Shown here: piece by piece, positions 30,154 through 41,367 of the stretch
Layout of the letters: every line of letters begins with the position of its first letter
Numbering within the stretch: position 1 is the first letter of the stretch
DNA from: a bacterium
GTDB lineage: Bacteria; Electryoneota; JAOADG01
Direction of reading: 5' to 3'
Length of the DNA: 64,000 nucleotides
Assembly: GCA_026417415.1 (NCBI GenBank)
Contig: JAOADG010000008.1
Location: forward strand, 515,432 to 579,431
Translations under genes and position numbers: made by a program
The notes under the pieces: model-generated
Database searches by the model: none
What the model was told of the DNA's origin: nothing
What the model saw: only the letters and a program-made list of their open reading frames with translations

Positions 30154-30182
30154 TTTACTGAAAAGAGTTCAATAAAGTGGGA

Positions 30183-30635
30183 TTATATAAATTTTGAATT
30201 TTTTTGAAGTTCATTAAAACTTGAACCATCTTCAGGATAGAAAGCACATGTGATCTCTTTAATTCCATCAATTCCAGCAAATCGTTTTTTAACCTGTTGG
30301 ATAATAATTTCAGGTTGAAATTCCAATGCAGCATCAGACCATATTAATAAATATCTATTATTTCCAATTGATGTCACCACGTCATACTCACGTATGATAG
30401 AAGGATTAGTGTTCAGAGTCATCATAAAATCGTTGTTTGATTTTTTATCCATTTCCACAAAAATAAAAGCAACGCGTTTCCCAAAACGTTTTGCCCGTGC
30501 AATCTCTACTTCGGTAAAACGAGCAGCGTCAATATGATTTGAACTCGTATTTTTGCGAATAACTAACCATAGAATAAAAATCAAAACTGCTAATCCAACC
30601 AGTACAAACAAGCCAATAACAATTATATTGTCCAT
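30183..30635 (-). CDS. Hypothetical N-terminally membrane-anchored protein
   Basis: Single N-terminal TM helix (IIVIGLFVLVGLAVLIFILWLVI) followed by a ~120-aa soluble domain. Confidence 0.35.
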   Translation of the reverse strand: MDNIIVIGLFVLVGLAVLIFILWLVIRKNTSSNHIDAARFTEVEIARAKRFGKRVAFIFVEMDKKSNNDFMMTLNTNPSIIREYDVVTSIGNNRYLLIWSDAALEFQPEIIIQQVKKRFAGIDGIKEITCAFYPEDGSSFNELQKNSKFI

Positions 30636-30650
30636 TTGATACCCCTTGTA

Positions 30651-31571
30651 TTAATCTTTACATAGCAAGGTAAGTATTGCTTTTTGTGCATGTAACCGAT
30701 TTTCCGCCTCATCAAATACTACTGAGTGTTTACTTTCCATTACATCATCAGTGATTTCTCTTCCTCTTTCTGCAGGAAGGCAATGCATTACAATTACATC
30801 TTGATGAGCATGCTTTAGAAGTTCCTGATTAACTTGGAATTGTCTTAATTTTCTGGCGTTTTCTTCGCTTTTTTCTTTTGCACCCATAGAAGCCCAAACA
30901 TCTGTGTAAATTACGTCAACATTTTCTACTGCTTCAATAGGATTATGAGTGATTAATACTTTTCCACTTCCTTTTTTGACATTGTCTATCAATTCTTTCG
31001 CAGGCATAGTTTCAGGGGAGGTACCAATTCTTAAATCAATCCGATAATGATACGCCGTTTCTAACCACGAATTCGCCATATTATTTCCATCACCTAAATA
31101 AGCAATTTTTAACCCATCAATTTGTCCTTTGTATTCATAAATGGTCTGTAAATCTGCCATCAATTGGCAGGGATGTAAATAATCCGTTAAAGCATTGATT
31201 ACGGGTACAGACGACCATTCAGCAAGTTTAATGATATCAGATTGTGCGAAAGTTCTAATCACGATTGCACTAAGGTAACGTGATAATACCCTTGCTGCAT
31301 CTTCAATGGTTTCACGTTTTCCAAGTTCAATTTCTTTTTCAGTGATATACAAACTATAACCACCAAGTTGGTAAATGCCTGTTTCAAACGAAATCCTTGT
31401 ACGTAAGGAAGGTTTATGGAAGATTGTACCAATTGTTTTCCCCTGTAAAGGCAAAAAGGAATGTCCACCAAATTTTTTCCATTCATTTTTTAATTCAATT
31501 GCTAATAACAAGGCGTGATCAAGTTCTTCTCGATTCCAATCAAGCATTGATAAAAAATCTTTTGATTTCAT
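30651..31571 (-). CDS. argF: Ornithine carbamoyltransferase-family enzyme (OTC / N-acyl-ornithine carbamoyltransferase)
   Basis: SLRTRISFE (STRTR carbamoyl-phosphate motif), HPCQLMADLQT (HPxQ) and HCLP (OTC-type rather than the HPLP of ATCase). Confidence 0.7.
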   Translation of the reverse strand: MKSKDFLSMLDWNREELDHALLLAIELKNEWKKFGGHSFLPLQGKTIGTIFHKPSLRTRISFETGIYQLGGYSLYITEKEIELGKRETIEDAARVLSRYLSAIVIRTFAQSDIIKLAEWSSVPVINALTDYLHPCQLMADLQTIYEYKGQIDGLKIAYLGDGNNMANSWLETAYHYRIDLRIGTSPETMPAKELIDNVKKGSGKVLITHNPIEAVENVDVIYTDVWASMGAKEKSEENARKLRQFQVNQELLKHAHQDVIVMHCLPAERGREITDDVMESKHSVVFDEAENRLHAQKAILTLLCKD

Positions 31572-31583
31572 AAGTAAGTTCCT

Positions 31584-33980
31584 TTATTTCAATAATAAGA
31601 TTTTTTGGACTGATTGAAAATGTTTTGTTTTCATTTCAATAAAATAGATACTACTTGATAACTGAATATCTTTTACAGACCAATAAAATTCGTATTTACC
31701 GGCTGCTCTATTGAGTTCTATGGTAGAATGAACAACTCTTCCTAATGCATCGTAGATGTTGAACTGTACATCTGTCAAATGGGGAACAGAATATTGAAAA
31801 CGAATACTATGATTAAATGGATTAGGATAACCTTTCCCCAATTCATAGGTAGTTGGAATAAATTCTCTTTCTTTCAAAGTGTTAGAAGAAGATGCTTTGA
31901 TTACAATGTCATCTAAATAAATACCATCTTCATTAACCAAATCATCACTGGTCAATCGCCATCTTAATCGCACATTCGCAATTCCTATCCAAGGCGATAA
32001 ATTTACATGCACACGTTCCCAGTTGAAACGATTAGCCATTCTAATGGTTTGTGGTAAAACCGTCCATTGGTTTCCATCGGTAGAGATTTCAACCCATGTA
32101 GAATCATATTCAGGTTCTAAAGCGCCACGTATCATGTAACTCAATGAAACATCCGTTGCTAAAGAAAAGTTCAAAATAGGATTAAGTAGTAGGTTGCCAT
32201 TAGAATTTGCTGCATATTGTTCTTCAGGTAAAATCGGTAATTCCCATCGAACGGGTGAATCTGCTAATGCATATGTACCAGTATATCCTTCATCAATTAA
32301 TCCCCAAGGAACATTTCCGCTTGCAGTCCAATTTTGTAGTCCATTTTCAAAACCATCAAACCAAGTATTTTCAGAAAGTAATAATCGTACTTCTTGATAT
32401 TGCCAATCATGAGTGAGAACAATTGGAAAACGTTTTACTACATAATTTTCAGAATACACAACTACATCAAAAGTATCAGCAGGAAGATAACAAAAAACAT
32501 TTCCATTGTTATCTGTACTTAATGTATCTGTTCTTTTATCGGGATGAGATAGATAAACGAAGGCAGCAACTGGATTGTTTTGGTTATCAACAACATGAAT
32601 TTGAAGATTATAATAAGGCAAAGGTGTCAATTGGATATTTTGTACTCTGCGTTGAGCGTTCCCTAAAATTAAATTTGAAAAAACTCTGGGTTGATAACCG
32701 AACTTCCGTGCAATTAAAGTATACGATCCAGCCAATAAAGGACGTAAAAATGTACCAAATTGATCCGTAAGTCGTGGTTGAAGTAACCTACTGTGATTAG
32801 GAAGAATTCTGATTTCTGCATCAGGTATAGGTTGATTGTTCAAGGCATTGTAAACCGTACCGGTGATACAAGAGCCCGTGGGATTTATCGGGACTAAACG
32901 ATTAAATAAAACGTAGGTACCATCAATGACTTCATTGATGATTGCTTCTGCAATTGAACGTGTGGGTTGATGTGCATTGGGAACACCTACTGGTCCGATT
33001 TCAATTAAATACTGAATTCCACCGTATGACCAATAAAACCAATCGTGTGCAGCACCAGCCATCTGTCTTGAACCACTGGGAAGATAAAAACCGCTTGGAC
33101 GGCTTTCCATCACATTACCCATTTCTAAACCAATTTGATAGATCACGTTATAATCCGGTGAACGTTTTCCCTGGTAGTTTTCAGTGGCTAACCAATCCCA
33201 AGGGAAATAAATTTTTCCTGCTAATCCTCCTCTTCTACTCGAATGGTAGATAATTGAAAAAGTTGGACGCAAAGAAAGTGCTAAGTCACGAAGTACTTGA
33301 GTTTCTGGCTCTGAAAAAGGGTATTGACCACGATAATAATCATAAGGTTCGAAACGAGATTCACTACTATCTAAAAAACGGTCCCCACGATCCCAATTCA
33401 ATGGGAAATTACGATTGATATCTACTCCGCTTGTATCGTACCCAGGTCCATAAATCGAATCAATCGGAACATAACGAAAAATACCATCCCCAATGTTATC
33501 GCGTTTATTTTTACGATACGATAAGTCCAATTGATCCGTTACTACTTGTAACCCTTCAGGATTAGCACTTGGTATAAGATATATTTCAAGATAGTTTCGC
33601 CAATCTTGATATCTTCGAGGTGAAGTATTAATGTTTAAACTACATAAATCCGTGGCCAGTTGAAGTGTTAACATCATTCCTAATACTTCTTCAGCATGGA
33701 CTTGTCCTATTATAAGAACTTTCGGTTTATTTGTCGGGTACGGTGTCACATTATTAGATATCTTCGCCATCCAAATCGGAAGTGAATCAGCTTGACTGTG
33801 ACCTACAGAATCGACTCGGATACGTGTTGGATAACGTTGTTGCAAACCATTTAAAATTTCATAAATACGTGCATTATTTGCATACCAAGGATCTAGTAAT
33901 GGCTGTCCTATTGAAATTTGAACTAATATCAAAAAAATGATTAAGAATAAAACGTTTCTAACCAATGCATTCCAAACCAT
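31584..33980 (-). CDS. Secreted M14 zinc carboxypeptidase with a T9SS C-terminal sorting domain
   Basis: Signal or anchor sequence; IGQVHAEEV (HxxE zinc ligands) and GVDINRNF (M14 NRN motif). The C-terminus reads KGYPNPFNHSIRFQYSV...IYDALGRVV...SSIYFIEMKT...KILLLK. Confidence 0.8.
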   Translation of the reverse strand: MVWNALVRNVLFLIIFLILVQISIGQPLLDPWYANNARIYEILNGLQQRYPTRIRVDSVGHSQADSLPIWMAKISNNVTPYPTNKPKVLIIGQVHAEEVLGMMLTLQLATDLCSLNINTSPRRYQDWRNYLEIYLIPSANPEGLQVVTDQLDLSYRKNKRDNIGDGIFRYVPIDSIYGPGYDTSGVDINRNFPLNWDRGDRFLDSSESRFEPYDYYRGQYPFSEPETQVLRDLALSLRPTFSIIYHSSRRGGLAGKIYFPWDWLATENYQGKRSPDYNVIYQIGLEMGNVMESRPSGFYLPSGSRQMAGAAHDWFYWSYGGIQYLIEIGPVGVPNAHQPTRSIAEAIINEVIDGTYVLFNRLVPINPTGSCITGTVYNALNNQPIPDAEIRILPNHSRLLQPRLTDQFGTFLRPLLAGSYTLIARKFGYQPRVFSNLILGNAQRRVQNIQLTPLPYYNLQIHVVDNQNNPVAAFVYLSHPDKRTDTLSTDNNGNVFCYLPADTFDVVVYSENYVVKRFPIVLTHDWQYQEVRLLLSENTWFDGFENGLQNWTASGNVPWGLIDEGYTGTYALADSPVRWELPILPEEQYAANSNGNLLLNPILNFSLATDVSLSYMIRGALEPEYDSTWVEISTDGNQWTVLPQTIRMANRFNWERVHVNLSPWIGIANVRLRWRLTSDDLVNEDGIYLDDIVIKASSSNTLKEREFIPTTYELGKGYPNPFNHSIRFQYSVPHLTDVQFNIYDALGRVVHSTIELNRAAGKYEFYWSVKDIQLSSSIYFIEMKTKHFQSVQKILLLK

Positions 33981-33991
33981 TATTGAAACTC

Positions 33992-34729
33992 CTAAGTTTT
34001 TTCGCTTCTTCTATGCCAAAGAGAACCAATCAGAATAGACAGTTCATACATCAAAATCAATGGAATAGATAACAAAACTAATGTGAATACGTCTGTAGTA
34101 GGTGTGATGATTGCCGAAAGAATTAATATCAAAATGTATGCTATTCTCCTATATTTTCTAAAAGTTTTTTTGGTGACAAGATCCAATCGAATAAGTACTG
34201 CAGTAATTAAAGGTAGTTGAAACATTCCTCCAAAAGCAATTGCTAATAAAACGGTAAAAGTTATATACGTATCTAATGACCAAAAAACGTTAGAGATTTC
34301 TTTTGCGAATTGACTTAAAACAAGTAATGCGTTTGGGAGTATCCACCATGCAAAAATTGCTCCCAGTAAAAATAGAAAGGTTGATAGAAAGACCAAAGGT
34401 AAAATGGTTTTCTTTTCATTAAGTTTCAATGCAGGCGAAACAAATCCCCACAATTGATAAAAAACCCACGGTAGTGCTAAAAGAATTCCACCTGAAATAC
34501 CCACCAAAAAGTACACACTAAAACCTTCGGTAGGTGAAAGTAAAACTAATGTTCGGTCAGGAAATGCTTTTTGGAATGGAATGGTTAAAATTTTTAAAAA
34601 ATGTTTGGTAAAAATTAATCCTAAAATAGATCCTACAAGAACGCCTAAAAAAGACCGAATGATACGAATGCGTAATTCTTCAATATGATCCCAAAATTTT
34701 AACTGTTCAGATATTGGTTTGATTGCCAT
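33992..34729 (-). CDS. tatC: Twin-arginine translocase subunit TatC
   Basis: FWDHIEELRIRIIRSFLGVLVG N-terminus and six TM segments, ~245 aa. Confidence 0.8.
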   Translation of the reverse strand: MAIKPISEQLKFWDHIEELRIRIIRSFLGVLVGSILGLIFTKHFLKILTIPFQKAFPDRTLVLLSPTEGFSVYFLVGISGGILLALPWVFYQLWGFVSPALKLNEKKTILPLVFLSTFLFLLGAIFAWWILPNALLVLSQFAKEISNVFWSLDTYITFTVLLAIAFGGMFQLPLITAVLIRLDLVTKKTFRKYRRIAYILILILSAIITPTTDVFTLVLLSIPLILMYELSILIGSLWHRRSEKT

Positions 34730-34732
34730 CGT

Positions 34733-36529
34733 TTAATTCTTTGCATACAAACGTCTGTACAACACGACACCTGATAAAATACCTAAAAAGGATATTACAA
34801 CCCCCCATAAAAAAGATTTTAACAACATACTTCCAATACCAAACAGAGTTCCAAAAATTAGAATTAAACCCAAACACCAATGGATGATAATATCCGAACC
34901 ATTTTGCCTCTTCCGATGAGATTGTTCGGTTGCAATATTTTGGTTATCAAGTTGTTGTATAGGTTTCCACCAACCCGGTGGAGTAGTTTTTTTGTAGAAC
35001 TCGATTAACCGTTTCTTTTCAGTTGGTTTAGTCAGAAGTGATACTACTATTGCAATAAAAAAAGTAGGAAATGCAGTTAGGAACAATTTAATTGAAAAGG
35101 TTGCCCAGGGTGGTTGTAAAAATGTCCAAGTTGCAGCCAAAACGGTGCTTACTGCAAGTGCAATCAATTCTGACCAAGCATTGATACGCCACCAAAGCCA
35201 ACGCAAAAGATAGATTGGTCCTACTCCTGAACCCAAGGTAATTACAAACTGAAAAGTTGTTGTAACACTATTGGCTAAATAAGCAGCAATTGCTCCAAAT
35301 AGTAAGACCAATGTTGAAAACAACCATGACATCTTTAAATAATGATGATCATTTTTGTTGCGAACAAGAAATCTACGATAAACATCATTGAGTAAGTAAC
35401 TGGCACCCCAATTGATTTGGGAAGTAATGGTGGACATAAATGCAGCCATAAAACTTGCTAACATTATTCCTAAAACACCATTTGGGAGCAAATCCACCAT
35501 TAGTTTAGGATATGCCAATTCATGATCAGTCATCGTTGGATAAAGCATTAAACTAGCCAATGCTGTGATCACCCAAGGCCAAGTACGGATCGAATAATGG
35601 GCAATATTAAACCATAAAAAACCACCTAAAGCATGCTTTTCATTTTTTGCTGCAAGCAACCTTTGAATAACTTTACCACCACCGTCACTGTTAAGATTTG
35701 CCCACCATTGTACAAGTGTATAAACCAGAAAAGCACCAAACGCAGCATTGAACACATTTTGAGTATTAAGGATAGCAGGAATAAAAGCTGTAGGTTCATT
35801 CGGTAGAAAACCGGGACCATAAACAATAGATTGATTTAATTCCTTCCAATTCAAGGAATTTTCCAGAAAATCTCTTAGCTTATTGATACCACCAACCGCA
35901 TTAACTGAATAAAATGCTAATAGAATGGCACCAACTTGGGCTATGATAAATTGAACAAAATCGGTGAGTACAACTCCCCACAAACCCCCCAATAATGTAT
36001 AAAAAAGTGTAATACTACAAAGAATAAACAGTGCAGTGACTTTATCCCATCCAAAACAGACATAAGTAATTTTTGCCATCCCCAGCATCACCCATCCCAT
36101 TCCAATGCAATTGACCAATACTGCCAACCAAATACCACGAAAAGCACGTAAGAATGCAGCAGCTTTTCCACTGTATCTGATTTCAGTTAATTCTACATCT
36201 GTCATGATTCCTGCACGACGCCATAAAGGCGCTAACCAAACCGCACCAAGAATCCCCCCAATGGCAAAACTCCACCATTGCCAGTTCTCAGAAACACCTC
36301 CCTTACGAACTAAATTAGTTACATACAAGGGTGTATCCGAAGAAAAAGTCGTAGCTACAATACTGGTTCCCAGTAACCACCAAGGTAAATTGCGTCCTGA
36401 AAGAAAATATTCTTCTGTAGAAGAATTTGAACGTTTAGTTAACCAAAGACCTACAACAACAGAAACCAATAAATAGATAACTAATACAGTCCAATCTAAA
36501 AAGGATAACATAAAATCTCTTTTGTTCAA
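34733..36529 (-). CDS. Sodium:solute symporter family (SSS) transporter
   Basis: 598 aa with 13-14 TM segments; the N-terminal [27 protein letters not shown] is the SSF signature region. Confidence 0.75.
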   Translation of the reverse strand: MNKRDFMLSFLDWTVLVIYLLVSVVVGLWLTKRSNSSTEEYFLSGRNLPWWLLGTSIVATTFSSDTPLYVTNLVRKGGVSENWQWWSFAIGGILGAVWLAPLWRRAGIMTDVELTEIRYSGKAAAFLRAFRGIWLAVLVNCIGMGWVMLGMAKITYVCFGWDKVTALFILCSITLFYTLLGGLWGVVLTDFVQFIIAQVGAILLAFYSVNAVGGINKLRDFLENSLNWKELNQSIVYGPGFLPNEPTAFIPAILNTQNVFNAAFGAFLVYTLVQWWANLNSDGGGKVIQRLLAAKNEKHALGGFLWFNIAHYSIRTWPWVITALASLMLYPTMTDHELAYPKLMVDLLPNGVLGIMLASFMAAFMSTITSQINWGASYLLNDVYRRFLVRNKNDHHYLKMSWLFSTLVLLFGAIAAYLANSVTTTFQFVITLGSGVGPIYLLRWLWWRINAWSELIALAVSTVLAATWTFLQPPWATFSIKLFLTAFPTFFIAIVVSLLTKPTEKKRLIEFYKKTTPPGWWKPIQQLDNQNIATEQSHRKRQNGSDIIIHWCLGLILIFGTLFGIGSMLLKSFLWGVVISFLGILSGVVLYRRLYAKN

Positions 36530-36606
36530 TAGGGTTCTTTACTAATTTAACTGCAATTAACGTAATACCTTATCACAGATTTTTCCAATTTTTGAAAGGA
36601 TTCAAT

Positions 36607-36786
36607 ATGCAAAAGTGGCGTTGTGTAGTATGTGGTTACATTTACTATGGCGTAGAGCCTCCAGAATTTTGTCCACCTTGTGGTGCTCCAAAAGAAGCAT
36701 TTGAACCTATCGCAGGTGGAGTCAACAAATTGCCCATTTGGGCTAGAAAAGATATTGAAAATTCAGATAATGATAAAAGTAAATGA
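36607..36786 (+). CDS. Rubredoxin
   Basis: [10 protein letters not shown] ... FCPPCGAPK are the two CxxCG knuckles of rubredoxin. The stop TGA overlaps the copA ATG (ATGA). Confidence 0.8.
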   Translation: MQKWRCVVCGYIYYGVEPPEFCPPCGAPKEAFEPIAGGVNKLPIWARKDIENSDNDKSK

Positions 36787-39089
36787 TTTCAAATTTAACT
36801 GAAAATTTACATTCGGTTACTGTTTCTATCCAAGGGATGACGTGTGCAGCATGTCAAGCACGCATTGAAAAAGTTCTTTCACATATAAATGGTATAGAAC
36901 GGGTTGCAGTAAACCTATTAACAAATACTGCTTCTATAGCCTATAATCCATCTATTATAGGTGTAGATGAAATCATTCAAAAGGTGCAGGAAATAGGTTA
37001 TTCAGCGAGTTTGCAGGACCATACAGATTTATTAACAAATAAAATTGATCTTAGTAATCAAGAGCAAAAAGAGTACAATTTGCTAAAAAACAAAGCGATT
37101 ACTGCACTTATAGTTGCAATACTCACGATGTTTATATCCATGATCTTGATGATTAACGAAGAGAATAGTTCGGATCCGTTTATCCATAGGATGATGTTAT
37201 GGTTGCATCCGCTGCATAAAATTTTTGTTTTTTTTTACCAATTGGTATCCCCTCACTTTTTACATGTTTTGCTAATCATTTTAACAACCTATCTAATTGG
37301 CTTTGTTGGACGTGACTTTTATATCAAATCTTGGTCAGCAATTCGTTCATTATGGGCGGATATGAATGTCTTGATCGCTATTGGAACAGGATCTGCTTAT
37401 TTCTATTCGCTTATTATTTCCATTCGTTTTATAACTGGAATTTCAAATTCTAATGAAATCTACTACGAGGCAATTGCATTCATAGTAGCATTTATACTGA
37501 TGGGGAAGACACTTGAGTTTCGATCAAAATTACTTGCGACACGTTCTATTAAGAAACTGATGGATTTACAACCTGCATTGGTACGTACAATCTCAGAAAA
37601 TCAAGAAGTCATCAAACCATTAGAACAGATCATTCCAGGTGATAGAATACTTATTCGTCCTGGTGAAAGAATTCCTTTGGATGGAATCATTCTTTCGGGT
37701 GAGACAACCGTAGATGAATCAATGTTAACAGGTGAATTTTTACCAATTGAAAAGAAATTATCGCAAAAGGTGTATGGTGGTACTTTAAACATCACTGGAG
37801 TAATAACCATTCGAGTCATTGCAGATGGCACTTCAGGATTTCTTGCAAACATCGTTCGTATTGTACAGTCAGCACTTTCAAAGAAACTCAAAATTCAAAC
37901 TATTGCAGATAAAGTCGTTGGATATTTTGTTCCAATTGTTTTATCCATTGCTGCATTTACATTTATTTATTGGTATTGGATTATAGAAAGTAGCAATCTG
38001 TTTTTAGCATTGCGTTATGCTATGGCGGTTCTGATAATTGCTTGTCCATGTGCAATGGGATTGGCTATTCCTACTGCAATCATGGTTGCATCTGGTCGAG
38101 CTGCTGAGTTCGGGATATTGATACGAAATGGAAACATTTTAGAGGTGTTACGTTCTGTCAATATAATTTTTTTTGATAAAACCGGAACAATAACAAAAGG
38201 GAAACCAAAAGTCGTTCATATTGTCGGAAAGATTGATAAAGATAATATGGATTTGATTTTTTCGGTAACAAAAAATTCGTCTCATCCGTTCAGTGTAGCT
38301 ATCAATGAGTATTGTTCAAAGATGGGTGCCGATGAAATTCCTTTAGAAATGTTTCAATCTATCTCAGGAAAAGGTTTGAAAGCGTATTGGAATAAAAGAA
38401 GCATTCTCATTGGCAGTAAATCATTTGTGTTAGAAAGTTCTAAAATGGAAACGAATTTTTTTCAAAGTGAACATGACGAATTTATCCAAGTGTTGGTTGC
38501 TATTGATGGGGTTGTATCTATAGTGTTTTTTCTTGATGATCAATTGAGAGATGAAGCAATAGATGTAATAAAGTTCCTAAAAGGTCATCATATAGAACCA
38601 GTTTTACTGAGTGGTGATAAAGAGCAAGTAGTAAAAAAAATCGCAAAGCAGATCAATGTAAAAAATTATTATGCTGAATTATTGCCAGAACAAAAGCAGA
38701 TCGTAATTCAGCAGTATAAAGAATCTGGTTATTGTGTAGCGATGGTTGGTGATGGAATAAACGATGCTCCAGCATTAGCAACGGCAGATGTAGGGATAGC
38801 TATTGGTGATGGGACAGACGTAGCCAAAGAAACGGGAGATGTGATTTTACTTAGGGGGAATATTACATTAATAGAAAAATTGATCCGTTTATCGAAAAAG
38901 TCATTCGCTATAATGTACCAAAATTTAATTTGGGCTTTTCTTTACAATTCAATTAGTATTCCCATTGCAGCAGGTGCAATAAGTAAAACCTATGGAATAG
39001 AATTAAGTCCAATTCTTGCCTCTGCTGCAATGGCTTTTAGTTCTGTAAGTGTTGTGACCAACAGTTTACGACTGTTAAGGTTCAAGTAA
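36783..39089 (+). CDS. copA: Cu(I)-translocating P1B-type ATPase
   Basis: N-terminal HMA domain [12 protein letters not shown]; CPC in TM6, YN in TM7 and MAFSS (MxxSS) in TM8; DKTGT phosphorylation site; GDGINDAP hinge. Confidence 0.9.
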   Translation: MISNLTENLHSVTVSIQGMTCAACQARIEKVLSHINGIERVAVNLLTNTASIAYNPSIIGVDEIIQKVQEIGYSASLQDHTDLLTNKIDLSNQEQKEYNLLKNKAITALIVAILTMFISMILMINEENSSDPFIHRMMLWLHPLHKIFVFFYQLVSPHFLHVLLIILTTYLIGFVGRDFYIKSWSAIRSLWADMNVLIAIGTGSAYFYSLIISIRFITGISNSNEIYYEAIAFIVAFILMGKTLEFRSKLLATRSIKKLMDLQPALVRTISENQEVIKPLEQIIPGDRILIRPGERIPLDGIILSGETTVDESMLTGEFLPIEKKLSQKVYGGTLNITGVITIRVIADGTSGFLANIVRIVQSALSKKLKIQTIADKVVGYFVPIVLSIAAFTFIYWYWIIESSNLFLALRYAMAVLIIACPCAMGLAIPTAIMVASGRAAEFGILIRNGNILEVLRSVNIIFFDKTGTITKGKPKVVHIVGKIDKDNMDLIFSVTKNSSHPFSVAINEYCSKMGADEIPLEMFQSISGKGLKAYWNKRSILIGSKSFVLESSKMETNFFQSEHDEFIQVLVAIDGVVSIVFFLDDQLRDEAIDVIKFLKGHHIEPVLLSGDKEQVVKKIAKQINVKNYYAELLPEQKQIVIQQYKESGYCVAMVGDGINDAPALATADVGIAIGDGTDVAKETGDVILLRGNITLIEKLIRLSKKSFAIMYQNLIWAFLYNSISIPIAAGAISKTYGIELSPILASAAMAFSSVSVVTNSLRLLRFK

Positions 39090-39090
39090 G

Positions 39091-41283
39091 TTAAACATGA
39101 AACAACATTTCATGATATTTTGGCAATTGCCATAGATCTTCATCAACATACAATTCCAATTCATCTGCAATTCCACGTACTTCTTCCATTGCAGGTCTTA
39201 CCTTCGTTTGGTAGATTTCTGCACATTTCAATAAATCTTCACGATGACTTTTTGCTTCTTGATTGAACTCATCTAAAGTATTGAGTTTAAGGATTAGATC
39301 GTTAATTAAACGACTGACTTTTTGCAACAATGCTTTTTGTTCTGTAATTGATGATTCAGGAACATAAGTAGCTGCAGAACGAATAGAGTCGCTTAAGCGT
39401 TGTTGGTATGCGATACCGGCAGGAATGATATTGGTTCTACCGATTTGCAACGTCATTTCTGTTTCTATATTCAGGTTTTTGATGAATTTTTCAAGTTTAA
39501 TATGAAATCTACTTTCAAGTTCAATTTCAGAAAGCACTTTGTGTTTTGTAAAGAGCTGTTTTGCTTTCTCTGTGACTAATGCAGGAGCAGCTTCAAAAGT
39601 ATTTCTTAAATTTGGTAAACCTCGACGAACCGCTTCTTCATGCCAACTCTGACTGTAATTGTCACCATCAAATAAGATAAGAGAGTGGTCACGGAATAGT
39701 TTGCTGACTAATTCTTTTACTGCTTGGTTAAATGGTTTTTGCTGACGTACTTCCTCCTCTAAGATATCAGCGATGTAACCAAGTGATTCAGCAACGATGG
39801 TATTTAAAACCATCATAGGTGTGGCACAAGATTGGGAAGAACCTACTGCACGGAATTCAAATTTATTACCCGTAAAAGCAAATGGTGAAGTGCGATTTCT
39901 ATCTGAATCATGTGCTGGTAAAGGAGGTAACATGGATACACCAATATCAATGAATCCTTCACTTTTCTTTTGAATCGGAGTCCCTTCTGCTAAATAACGG
40001 ACAACTTGGGTGAGTTTTTCACCTAAGTAAATGCTGATAATTGCTGGTGGTGCTTCATTTGCACCGAGTCGGTGATCATTTGCAGCCGATGCGACAGTGA
40101 CACGTAGAATATCGCCATACAAATGAATTGCACGCATCACTGCTGCTAAGAAAACTAAAAATTGTGCATTTTCTTGAGGAGTGCTTCCCGGATCTACTAA
40201 ATTCGTCCCTTCGTTATCAATAATAGACCAGTTGTTATGTTTTCCACTTCCATTGATACGTGCAAATGGCTTTTCATGAAGCAAACATTCAAAACCATGA
40301 CGATGAGCAACCGTTTTCATAATAGACATCATAATCATGTTATGATCCACAGCAGTATTCAGGGTTTCAAAGATTGGAGCGATTTCAAACTGCATGGGTG
40401 CGACTTCGTTGTGCCTAGTATTGACGGGAATACCAAGTTTATAAAGTTCACGTTCAAGATCTTGCATATAAGCCAGAACTCGTTCCTTGATTGAGCCAAA
40501 GTAATGATCTTCCAATTCTTGCCCTTTAGGTGGTTTTGCACCAAACAAAGTTCGTCCTACTGCAACTAAATCGGGTCTTTGTAAATAATATTTGCGATCA
40601 ATTAAAAAATACTCTTGTTCACATCCTAAATAAGCAGTGACTTTTTTCGCAGTCGTATTTCCAAATAGTCGTAAAATTCGAATTGCTTGTTTGCTAAGTG
40701 CTTCACTAGAGCGTAAAAGCGGTGTTTTTTTATCTAATGCTTGCCCGCCCCATCCAATAAAGAAAGAAGGGATACACAAAGTTTTTCCATTTAGACCTTC
40801 TAACAAAAAGGCATTACTGGTAGGATCCCAACCGGTGTAACCACGTGCTTCAAATGTTGAGCGTAGACCTCCAGATGGAAAACTGGAAGCATCAGGTTCA
40901 CCACGGAGTAAATCTTTGCCAGAAAATTCAGAAATAACTCCACCCTCACCTAAAGGTGCTAAAAATGCTAAATGCTTTTCTGCAGTTAACCCAGTAAGCG
41001 GATGAAACCAATGTGTATAGTGAGTTGCACCATTGGACATTGCCCAATCTTTCATTGATGCCGCAACTACGTCCGCTGTAGCAGCATCTAATGCGGCACC
41101 TTCTTCAATGACCGCTTTCATATTTCTATAAATTTGATTTGGGAGTACTGCACGCATTGTGTTCAATGAAAAAACATTTTTCCCAAACAACTCAGTGGGC
41201 ATTTCAATTTTTTCTACCCGATAAGCATTTGTTTCATTAGGTATCTGAAAGTTCTGAGTTCTATGAATAAATCGTTTGCTCAT
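39091..41283 (-). CDS. glnN: Glutamine synthetase type III
   Basis: 730 aa. [48 protein letters not shown] and GSGKHNNWS match Bacteroides GSIII along the whole length. Confidence 0.9.
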   Translation of the reverse strand: MSKRFIHRTQNFQIPNETNAYRVEKIEMPTELFGKNVFSLNTMRAVLPNQIYRNMKAVIEEGAALDAATADVVAASMKDWAMSNGATHYTHWFHPLTGLTAEKHLAFLAPLGEGGVISEFSGKDLLRGEPDASSFPSGGLRSTFEARGYTGWDPTSNAFLLEGLNGKTLCIPSFFIGWGGQALDKKTPLLRSSEALSKQAIRILRLFGNTTAKKVTAYLGCEQEYFLIDRKYYLQRPDLVAVGRTLFGAKPPKGQELEDHYFGSIKERVLAYMQDLERELYKLGIPVNTRHNEVAPMQFEIAPIFETLNTAVDHNMIMMSIMKTVAHRHGFECLLHEKPFARINGSGKHNNWSIIDNEGTNLVDPGSTPQENAQFLVFLAAVMRAIHLYGDILRVTVASAANDHRLGANEAPPAIISIYLGEKLTQVVRYLAEGTPIQKKSEGFIDIGVSMLPPLPAHDSDRNRTSPFAFTGNKFEFRAVGSSQSCATPMMVLNTIVAESLGYIADILEEEVRQQKPFNQAVKELVSKLFRDHSLILFDGDNYSQSWHEEAVRRGLPNLRNTFEAAPALVTEKAKQLFTKHKVLSEIELESRFHIKLEKFIKNLNIETEMTLQIGRTNIIPAGIAYQQRLSDSIRSAATYVPESSITEQKALLQKVSRLINDLILKLNTLDEFNQEAKSHREDLLKCAEIYQTKVRPAMEEVRGIADELELYVDEDLWQLPKYHEMLFHV

Positions 41284-41367
41284 GTTTTACCTCCTATCAC
41301 TTAAAAGCAGAAATGATAGGTAATTTTTTTCTAAGATAAAAGGATTGTTTTATAGTAAAAACAATGA

